This document shows, piece by piece, positions 7,390 to 15,328 of a stretch of 64,000 bases of DNA. Source of the DNA: an uncultured Verrucomicrobiae bacterium (lineage in GTDB: Bacteria > Verrucomicrobiota > Verrucomicrobiia > Limisphaerales > Palsa-1400); NCBI GenBank assembly GCA_963707025.1, contig CAVPOM010000006.1:576001-640000 (forward strand). The letters run 5' to 3'. Below the pieces are notes generated by a model that saw only the letters and a list, made by a program, of their open reading frames with translations, had not been told where the DNA came from and searched no databases. Positions within the stretch are counted from its first letter, which is position 1. Every line of letters starts with the position of its first letter. A program made the position numbers and the translations under genes.

Positions 7390-10371
7390 ATGACGGTAGC
7401 AAACGAGAAAACAATCGGTCGCCCGGTCAAGCCCCCCGTCCTGCTGTGTCCCTGGCTGGTCGCGCTGGCGGCGCTGGGGTTGTACGGGTTGACCTTGCAT
7501 CACTGGGTCACCTTCGGCAGCCTGCCTTTTGCCTCGCAGATCACCGGCTGGGACTGGCATCCCGCGCCGCTGCCCTGGCGGCCCAATCCCCAATTCCCGC
7601 TGCTTTTCATTTTGACTTTTCCGTTGCGGCTGCTCCCCGCCGGCTGGCGGGTGGTGGGCTGGAATGTGTTCACCGCCGTTTGCGCGGCCTTGACGCTGGC
7701 CATCCTGGCCCGTTCCGTCCGCCTCCTCCCGCAGGACCGCACCAAGGACCAACGGCAGCGGGAGGGGGGAGAGTTTGCCTTGCTCTCCGTGCGGGCGGCC
7801 TTTCTGCCGGCCGCCTTCGCCGTGCTGCTGCTGGCGGGGCAATTGACCTTCTGGGAAAACGCCGTGGCGGGGACCGGCGAGATGATTGATCTGTTGGTCT
7901 TTGCCTTTCTCATTCTCTGTCTGCTGGAGTTTCGCATCTCGCAGAGCGAGCGGCGGTTGAGCCTGTTTGCTTTTGTTTATGGGTTGGGCGTGGCCAACAA
8001 CTGGGCCTTGATCGGTTTTTTCCCATGCTTCCTGCTGGCGCTGATCTGGATCAAACGCCAGGGTTTTTTCAACTGGAAATTCGTCCTGCGCATGACCGGT
8101 TGGGGGGCCTTGGGGCTGCTCCTCTATGGCCTGATGCCCCTGCTGGGCGCCATCCATCACGACGGCGGTTTTTGGGAGTTGCTCCGCCAGAAATGGGCTG
8201 AGCAACATATTTATCTGACCCGCATGCCGCGCTATCTGGCCTTCATTGCCGGGGTGGCGACCTTGATTCCGCTGCTCTTCGCCGCCATCAACTGGCCGTC
8301 CTTCGAGGGCGAAGTCAACGCCGGCGCCAACGAGCTGAGCCGCCTGTTGTTTCGCCTGCTGCACATCGTGTTTTTGGCCGTCGGCGCCTTGATGTTTTTC
8401 GATATGAAATTCAGCCCGCGCAGGCTGCTCATGCTGGCGGGCCTTAACGGCGTGACGGGCTTCCTGAGTTTCTACTATCTGGCGGCGTTAAGCGTGGGGT
8501 ATTTCAGCGGCTACGTCCTGCTGGTCTTTGGCAAGGAGATGTCCTATCGCTGGGGCCGGGCCACCGGCCTGCTGCGGGTCATCAACCTGGCTGTGACCGG
8601 CTTGTTGTGGGTGGCGGCCATCGGCCTGCCCGCGCGGTTGTTCTGGCAGAACTATCCGCGCCTGCGGGATTACACCAGCCCGGTGGTCGCCCAATTTGGA
8701 AAGGAAATGGCCAAGGCGCTGCCCTCCGGGCCGGCCATTGTGCTGGCCGACGATCCCTCCCGGCTCTATCTGGCCATGGGCGCGGTCCAGCGTCTGGGCC
8801 TGCCCGACCAGTACACCTTTATTGAAAGCCGCTCCCTGGTCCATCGCGAATATCTTCGTTTTTTGGTCGAGCGCTATCCGGCTTTTCGCAAGGAACTCAA
8901 AGATCCGGCCACTCTGCCGGAGCTGGTCTCCAGCCAGCAGATCGGCGATCTTTTGGCCCATCTCGCCCAGCGGCAGTGGGTCTATTATTTGCATCCCAGT
9001 TTCGGCAACTACTTTGAGCAGGTCTGCATGACCCCGCACCGCCTGGGCGCGGATTTGCACCCCTGCCCGACCAATGCGCTGCTGACGCTGGGGCTGACTC
9101 CGGCGGAAATCACCACCAACCAAGCCTATTGGCACAGGCTGGAGAAGGAGGCGCTGCCCGCCTTGCTGGACTTGGCCAAAAGGGACGCCGATGGCTTGCC
9201 CAAGCGGAGCGCCGATGCGGTGCGCATCGCCAACTATTATTCGCAAATGCTCGATTACTGGGGCGCCGCATTGCAATTGGCCGCCACCGAACTCAAGCTG
9301 CCGCTCCTGCTCAACGACGCCGGCGATCAGTTCGCCCAGGCCTTCCGGCTCAACCCGTTGAATTATGTGGCCCGCCTCAACCAGCAATTCAACGCCCATT
9401 TGCGCGGCGCGCCCCCGCCTCCCGGCGTGATCATCAGTTCGCCCGAATTGGCCGCCCGTGTGAGAAGTTGGGAAGACACTTACAATCTGGACGGCCCCGC
9501 CGACGTGCCGGACCTCGACATCCAGATCGGCCGCTATTTGGCCGCCAACGGCAATTACCGGCAGGCCGCTCATTTCTTCCAACGCTGCCTGGAACTGGTG
9601 CCCAACGACCCGGGGGCCGAACTGGACCTGGCTAAACCCTGCCTGGATCTGGGACTGGTGGACGCCGGCCTGGCCCTCATCCGGGACGTGCGCCAGCGCG
9701 GCGCGGGCGATCCGCTGGACCTGGCCCGCCTGGAAGCCCTGGCCTGGGCCAAAAAGAACGACTTCGACAAGGCCGATAAATTGTTGACAGAAGCGCACCT
9801 CAAGTATCCCAAGGATGAACGATTCCCCGGTTTGATGGCCGGCTTCTACGCGCGCATGGGCTACAGCGTGCTGCTGCAAAACAAGGGCGACGCCGCCAGG
9901 GAGAAGGACGCGGCCAAATGGTTCCAGAAAGCCTTGGCCGCCCTGGATGACCAGTTGCAATTATTGGTCAATGACCCCATGAAATTCACCGCCAGCGCAC
10001 GGGACATTCCCAGCATCAACCTCAGCAGGGTGGAAATGCAAATGATGCTCAAGGATTACCCGGCCGCCATCCGCACCTCCGCGGCCATGGTGCGCCAGGA
10101 GCCGGACAACCCGGTGCCGCTCCTCAACCGCGCCATTTCCGAGTTGCAAAACCGCCAGTTCGACGACGCCAAAAAGGATTATCTGGCCGTGGAGAAAATG
10201 GTGCCGGCGCCCTCGCACCTGATTTATTACGGCCTGGCCCAGGTGGCTCAACAGCAGAAGGACCAGCCGGCGGAAATCCGCTACGAGCAGCTTTACCTCA
10301 AATACGCCCCCACCAACACGCTGGAATTCTCCAACGTCAACCAGCGCCTCCGCCAATTGGAGCCGCGCTGA
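7390..10371 (+). CDS. DUF2723/TMEM260-like multi-pass membrane protein (GT-C fold) with C-terminal TPRs
   Basis: About a dozen hydrophobic segments, LY.LTL...V, TFW..A...E, YGLG..N; TPR-like repeats in the C-terminal third. Confidence 0.65.
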   Translation: MTVANEKTIGRPVKPPVLLCPWLVALAALGLYGLTLHHWVTFGSLPFASQITGWDWHPAPLPWRPNPQFPLLFILTFPLRLLPAGWRVVGWNVFTAVCAALTLAILARSVRLLPQDRTKDQRQREGGEFALLSVRAAFLPAAFAVLLLAGQLTFWENAVAGTGEMIDLLVFAFLILCLLEFRISQSERRLSLFAFVYGLGVANNWALIGFFPCFLLALIWIKRQGFFNWKFVLRMTGWGALGLLLYGLMPLLGAIHHDGGFWELLRQKWAEQHIYLTRMPRYLAFIAGVATLIPLLFAAINWPSFEGEVNAGANELSRLLFRLLHIVFLAVGALMFFDMKFSPRRLLMLAGLNGVTGFLSFYYLAALSVGYFSGYVLLVFGKEMSYRWGRATGLLRVINLAVTGLLWVAAIGLPARLFWQNYPRLRDYTSPVVAQFGKEMAKALPSGPAIVLADDPSRLYLAMGAVQRLGLPDQYTFIESRSLVHREYLRFLVERYPAFRKELKDPATLPELVSSQQIGDLLAHLAQRQWVYYLHPSFGNYFEQVCMTPHRLGADLHPCPTNALLTLGLTPAEITTNQAYWHRLEKEALPALLDLAKRDADGLPKRSADAVRIANYYSQMLDYWGAALQLAATELKLPLLLNDAGDQFAQAFRLNPLNYVARLNQQFNAHLRGAPPPPGVIISSPELAARVRSWEDTYNLDGPADVPDLDIQIGRYLAANGNYRQAAHFFQRCLELVPNDPGAELDLAKPCLDLGLVDAGLALIRDVRQRGAGDPLDLARLEALAWAKKNDFDKADKLLTEAHLKYPKDERFPGLMAGFYARMGYSVLLQNKGDAAREKDAAKWFQKALAALDDQLQLLVNDPMKFTASARDIPSINLSRVEMQMMLKDYPAAIRTSAAMVRQEPDNPVPLLNRAISELQNRQFDDAKKDYLAVEKMVPAPSHLIYYGLAQVAQQQKDQPAEIRYEQLYLKYAPTNTLEFSNVNQRLRQLEPR

Positions 10372-10381
10372 ACCGCCGCGG

Positions 10382-11549
10382 ATGCGGGTCACCCACGTCA
10401 TCACCCGGTTGATCCTGGGCGGCGCCCAGGAAAACACCGTCGCCACCGTGCTCGGCCTGCAAGAGCGGCCCGGCCTGCAAATCACCCTCCTGGCCGGTCC
10501 GGCCGCCGGGCCGGAAGGTTCCCTCGTTTCCGCCTTCCAGCAGTGCCCGCAACTGCTTGCCGTCATCCCCTCCCTGGTCCGCCCCGTCCACCCGCTCAAC
10601 GACTGGCTGACTTTGCTGCGACTGACCAAAATCTTTCGCGCCACCCGGCCGGAACATCGTCCACACCCACAGCGGCAAGGCGGGGATTCTGGGGCGCTGG
10701 GCCGCCCATCGCGCCGGCGTTCCCATTGCGGTCCATACCATTCACGGCCCCTCTTTCGGGCCTTTTCAAGGCGCGCTGGCCAACGGCCTTTTTCGCGGCG
10801 CGGAGCGGTTCGCCGCCCGGTACACCACCCATTACGTCAGCGTGGCTCAAGCCATGACCCGCCAGTACCTGGCGGCCGGCCTCGGCCAGCCCGGCCAATA
10901 TACCCGCATCTTCAGCGGCTTCCCCCTCCAGCCCTTTCTCGACGCTCAAAACGACCCGGCTTGGCGCGCCCGTCTCGGCCTCGCGCCGGACGATTTCGTC
11001 ATTGGCATGATCGCCCGGCTTTTCAAGCTCAAAGGGCATGGCGACCTGCTGGACATCGCCCCCAATCTGGTCCGGCAATGTCCGCGCGCCAAATTCCTTT
11101 TCGTGGGCGACGGCGCCTGGCGCGCCCGGCTGGAGAACCGCGCGCGCTCGCTCGGCCTGGCGCAACACTTTGTTTTCGCCGGCCTGGTCGCTCCGCCCGA
11201 AGTGCCGCGCTACCTCGGCGTCATGGATGCGCTGGTCCATCTCTCGCGCCGGGAGGGGCTGCCCCGCGCCCTGCCCCAGGCCCTGGCTGCGGCGCGCCCC
11301 GTGGCCGCCTATGCCTGCGATGGCGCGGGAGAAGTTTGTATTGACAACGAAACCGGCTTCCTCATCCCGCCCGGTGACCGCGAAACCCTGGCCCGGCGGC
11401 TGCTCCAACTGGCGGCCGATCCCGCTTTGCGGCGGCGTCTGGCGGCGCAAGGACGCCAATTCGTGCTCCCGCGCTTTGCCGTTGAAACCATGCTGGACAA
11501 TCTCTACGCCCTCTACCTCAAACTCAGCGCAAGGGAGGATGGCTCCTAA
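10382..11549 (+). CDS. Glycosyltransferase family 4; one apparent 1-nt insertion near 10654
   Basis: ITRLILGGAQEN, VHTHSGKAG (in shifted frame), EGLPRALPQALA; ccggaacatc would give PDIVHTH if one A is removed. Confidence 0.85.
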
Positions 11550-11610
11550 TCTTAATCTTAATCCTAATCCTAATCCTAATCCTAATCTTAATCCTAATCT
11601 TAATCTCAAT
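11545..11610. repeat. Hexanucleotide tandem repeat, 11 units of CCTAAT/CTTAAT (last unit CTCAAT)
   Basis: Directly visible; begins at the GT4 stop codon. Confidence 0.95.
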
Positions 11611-11639
11611 CCTCCGCTTAAACCACCCCAGTCAACCAT

Positions 11640-12626
11640 ATGAATGCTCCAGTCCTCAGAATCCGGTTTGCCGCCGCGCCCGCCCTTCTTCTGGCCGCCG
11701 CCGCCGCGCTCCAGGCGCAGACCGGGACCACCAACCTCGCGCCGAACGGCGGCTGGGAGAAATACTCCGGCAACCCGGTGCTGGGCGGCCAGTACGGCAC
11801 CTGCTTTGATGTTTCGGTGCTGCACGAGGGCGATACTTTTCGCATGTGGGTTTCCTGGCGGCCCAGACAAAGCGTCGCCCTGGTGGAAAGCAAGGATGGC
11901 CTGCATTGGGATGGGCCGCCCAAAATTGTCCTCGGCCCGAACAGGGCATCCGGTTGGGAGGCCGACATCAACCGCCCGGTCGTCATCAAACGCCAAGATG
12001 GTTATCACATGTGGTACACCGGCCAGGCGCGGGGTCACTCGCGCATTGGCTGCGCCACCAGCCCGGACGGCGTGGTCTGGAAGCGCATGAGCGAAAATGC
12101 AGTCCTCTCGCCGGAAATGCCTTGGGAAAAAGTCGCCGTCATGTGCCCGGACGTCATCTGGGATGCCAATGCGAAAATCTTTCGCATGTGGTATTCCGCC
12201 GGCGAGCAATACGAACCCGACGCCATCGGCTGCGCGACCAGCCCCGATGGGACCAACTGGACCAAGCAGCCCGGCAATCCCGTCTTCAAGTCCGATCCCA
12301 ACATTGAATGGGAAAAATACAAGGTCACCGCCTGCCAGATCGTGCCGCAGGACGGCTGGTATCTGATGTTTTACATTGGCTTTCGCGACATAGACCACGC
12401 GCAAATCGGCTTGGCCCGGTCCAAAGACGGCCTCAGCCACTGGGAGCGCCATCCGGCCAATCCGATTGTCCACCCCGACCCGGGCGCCTGGGACCACGAC
12501 GCCTGCTACAAGCCCTGCGCCATTTTTGACGGCCAGAAATGGTTGTTATGGTACAACGGCCGTCACGGCGGCCTGGAACAAATCGGCGTCGCCCTCCATC
12601 CGGGCCGCGACCTTGGATTTCATTGA
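11640..12626 (+). CDS. Secreted five-bladed beta-propeller glycoside hydrolase-like protein (GH43/32/130 clan-like)
   Basis: Signal peptide; repeated blades W.K...NPV, MWY.G, IG.A.S.DG..W. Confidence 0.7.
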   Translation: MNAPVLRIRFAAAPALLLAAAAALQAQTGTTNLAPNGGWEKYSGNPVLGGQYGTCFDVSVLHEGDTFRMWVSWRPRQSVALVESKDGLHWDGPPKIVLGPNRASGWEADINRPVVIKRQDGYHMWYTGQARGHSRIGCATSPDGVVWKRMSENAVLSPEMPWEKVAVMCPDVIWDANAKIFRMWYSAGEQYEPDAIGCATSPDGTNWTKQPGNPVFKSDPNIEWEKYKVTACQIVPQDGWYLMFYIGFRDIDHAQIGLARSKDGLSHWERHPANPIVHPDPGAWDHDACYKPCAIFDGQKWLLWYNGRHGGLEQIGVALHPGRDLGFH

Positions 12627-12650
12627 CAACCCTGGATTAAATGCTAACCT
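12623..12650 (+). promoter_or_regulatory. Putative sigma70 promoter
   Basis: TTGACA-16 nt-TAACCT with extended TG; 22/28 identical to 52217-52244. Confidence 0.45.
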
Positions 12651-12915
12651 TTCCTGAGTTATGAGGGCGATTTATATGGAGGGCGGGAGCGTTGCTCCCA
12701 CTTTTGGATCGGGAACGATTGCCGGATGGCAAAGCGGCGCCGGCCCGTCGGCACACTCCAAAGCGGCAGCGGTTCCAATCCCGGTCCGGGCGCGACCGAG
12801 GAAGTTCCGCCAGTCAAACTCCGGCCCATCCTGTCCATCCAAAACAGCCGCGCTGTGCCATTATGTCGCTCCCATGGAAACTTACCCGTATCGCCCTGCG
12901 TCCCGCTTTGCATTT

Positions 12916-12975
12916 CCCGTCCACCGGTCCCGTCCACCGTCCTGTCCACCGTCCCGTCCACCGTCCTGTCCTCCG
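12916..12975. repeat. About five direct copies of a 12-mer GTCCACCGTCCY
   Basis: Directly visible; followed by three GCCCTGCG..GG units. Confidence 0.8.
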
Positions 12976-13074
12976 ATGGCCCTGCGCAGGAGGAAAGCCC
13001 TGCGAAGGTGGAAGGCCCTGCGGAGGAGCATGCATTTGTCCCCCGCCGGTCAAACCGGTCAAAGCCAGTCAAAC

Positions 13075-15033
13075 GTTGCGCCAGTGAAGTTGGTTGGAAC
13101 GCGGGTGAAAGTCCCGTCCGTCGAATTAGGCTGTTCACGACGGAACACGACCTCAACAGCGCCGCCGCGAGGCGGGGTTGGAAGCTGAGGGAGATGAACA
13201 GACGGGCCGTAATGAAAATGAACCACATCCAATGAGCCTCGATAAGTTTAGAACCGGAGACAAGCCGAGCCGCTGTTTGACCGGCGAAGGCCGCAGGGAG
13301 GAGGCAGGGCAACAGTCAGAGCCTTCTCAACGCTCCGGCGGGGTCGGCGTGGACGGCACGTCTGGAAGTTCAACCAAGGTAAGCTGGGAGAACTCCGGCG
13401 GCGGGCGGCCAGCCCAACCGCCCGCGCAAGCTGGCAAGACCAGTCAGGCGAGCGGCCCTGCCGGAGAAGTCGGAGTTCCTCATAGTAGCGTGGACTTGTT
13501 TGCGCTCCAGGCGGATTTCCGCCGGGAGTTGCGCGAGCGAACGCAAAGGGGGAACACTTGCTCAATGCGTGGAGGCGAAGCGAAGGATGCGGGGATGGCC
13601 GGGGCGACCCGGATAGCAACCCCGGAGAAAGTTCGGCAGCTTCAAATCGCGCTCTATCGGAAAGCCAAAGCAGAGCCGAAGTATCGGTTCTGGAGCCTGT
13701 ATGGGGAATTGCTGCGCAAGGACGTGCTCGAAACCGCCTTGGCAGCGCAACAGCGCAACGGCGGGGCCGCGGGAGTGGACGGACAGAGTATGGAGTCCAT
13801 CACCGCCGACCCGGCCCTGCGCCAGCAATGGCTCGACCGCCTGCAAGCAGAACTCAAAGCCAAGACGTATCGGGCCAGCCCGGTGCGGCGGGTGATGATT
13901 CCCAAGAGCAGCGGAGGGGAACGGCCGTTGGGCATCCCGACGGTCAAGGACCGGGTGGTGCAAACGGCGGTGTATCTGGTGCTGATGCCGATCTTGGAGG
14001 CGGACTTTCATCCGCGCTCCTACGGCTTTCGGCCCAAACGCCGGGCACACCAAGCCATTGCGGAAATCCAACAAGCAGTGCAGCAAGGCTACGTGGAAAT
14101 CATTGACGCGGACCTGACGAAATATTTCGACACGATTCCGCACCGGGAACTGATGAAGGCCGTGGCCCGGCGGGTCAGCGACGGCAGCGTGCTGCGGCTC
14201 CTCAAGAGCTGGCTGCGCGCCCCGGTCGCGGAGGAAGACCAGGACGGCACCAAGCGAGTGATCCCCAACCGGCGCGGCACGCCGCAAGGCGGGGTCATCT
14301 CGCCGCTGCTGGCCAACCTCTACCTCAACCCGCTGGATCACGGGGTGAACGAGAAAACCTCCGGCCAAGCCCGCATGGTGCGCTACGCCGATGACTTTGT
14401 CATCGCGTGCGCGGCGGGGTGCGGCGGAGGGCTGATAGCGCGGCTCAAGAAATGGCTTCGAGCCAAAGGGCTGACCCTCAACGAAGTCAAAACCCGAATT
14501 GTGAACATTCGCAAGGAAGGGATCAACTTCCTGGGCTTCAACCTGACCTGGCGCAAGTCCTTTGGAGGGCGCGGCTACCTGCACGTTCAACCCAGCCAGA
14601 AAAGCCGGGGGGCCCTGCGCGAGAAACTGGGCGGCATCCTCAACCACTGGACGCAGGGGCGTCCGATACAGGAGGTGGTCAAAGAGGTCAACCAAGTCTT
14701 GCGCGGATGGGCGGGCTACTTCCACTACGGCAACAGCGTCTCGGTGATGAACCGGATGAAACACTACAGCCAAAACCGCTTTCGGCGCTGGCTGTGGCGC
14801 AAACACGGTTGCCGCCGCAGCCTGTGGGAACACTACGTTCCCGAGCAGTTGCACCAGCGTTATGGACTCTATGAACTGCCGACCACGGCGAAGTGGAAGG
14901 CGGCCCGATGAATGAGTTCGGAGAGCCGAATATGGGAAATCCGTCCGTTCGGTTCGATGAGGGGCGAAGTGGCAGCGCGAGACTGACAACTGCGGTCAGT
15001 TCAATCCGCCTCCTTCCACTTCGCCTACTCTAC
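13075..15033 (+). mobile_element. Group II intron, apparently complete
   Basis: 5' end GTTGCG/TTGCG at 13075-13076; domain V GAGCCG...GGAAATCC...CGGTTC at 14923-14955; domain VI ending CTACTCTAC; internal RT ORF; ends accurate to about 1 nt. Confidence 0.9.
13595..14911 (+). CDS. ltrA: Group II intron reverse transcriptase/maturase without endonuclease domain
   Basis: GVDG, RPLGIPTVKDRVVQ, SYGFRP, GTPQGGVISPLLAN, RYADD, FLGF, RGW..YF; no C-terminal HNH. Confidence 0.95.
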   Translation: MAGATRIATPEKVRQLQIALYRKAKAEPKYRFWSLYGELLRKDVLETALAAQQRNGGAAGVDGQSMESITADPALRQQWLDRLQAELKAKTYRASPVRRVMIPKSSGGERPLGIPTVKDRVVQTAVYLVLMPILEADFHPRSYGFRPKRRAHQAIAEIQQAVQQGYVEIIDADLTKYFDTIPHRELMKAVARRVSDGSVLRLLKSWLRAPVAEEDQDGTKRVIPNRRGTPQGGVISPLLANLYLNPLDHGVNEKTSGQARMVRYADDFVIACAAGCGGGLIARLKKWLRAKGLTLNEVKTRIVNIRKEGINFLGFNLTWRKSFGGRGYLHVQPSQKSRGALREKLGGILNHWTQGRPIQEVVKEVNQVLRGWAGYFHYGNSVSVMNRMKHYSQNRFRRWLWRKHGCRRSLWEHYVPEQLHQRYGLYELPTTAKWKAAR

Positions 15034-15208
15034 CATAAAATGAGGTTTGACCCAAAACTCGGCTGCTTGTGCTTTTTTGAGGAGAATCAATCGAAGCGCC
15101 TTTTCATCAACCATTTACGCCGACTGATGAGCATTGGCGGTCAGGGTCAAGCAAGCCTGACCCAGTCAAATCAGAGTTTCACCTTATGGACGCAGCCAGC
15201 CACCCCCG

Positions 15209-15298
15209 CCACTCCATCCCCCGCACCACTCCATCACTCCACCACTCCACCACTCCACTTGTTTTCACCTGTTTTCACTTGATTTCACTCAATTTCAG
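15209..15298. repeat. CACTCCAY octamer repeats followed by TGTTTTCACY-like decamer repeats
   Basis: Directly visible; CACTCCATCACTCC recurs near 40834. Confidence 0.75.
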
Positions 15299-15328
15299 AT
15301 GTTTTCAGTTCCGGACAACCACAGTATT

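Noticed and set aside
10382..11549. GT4, S53 and repeat-protein frameshifts as programmed or phase-variable sites
   Set aside because: Each is a single base in a 1-2 nt run with no slippery tract; sequencing error is more likely.
11545..11610. Telomere-like or CRISPR interpretation of the hexamer tract
   Set aside because: It is internal and has no spacers; no CRISPR array or cas gene is visible anywhere in the window.
13178..13594. 139-aa N-terminal extension of the intron RT in the ORF track
   Set aside because: It overlaps the ribozyme domains and is low-complexity; RT-like sequence begins near 13595.
13595..14911. RT as a retron, DGR or defence RT
   Set aside because: Maturase domain plus flanking domains V/VI identify a group II intron; no template/variable repeat pair was seen.
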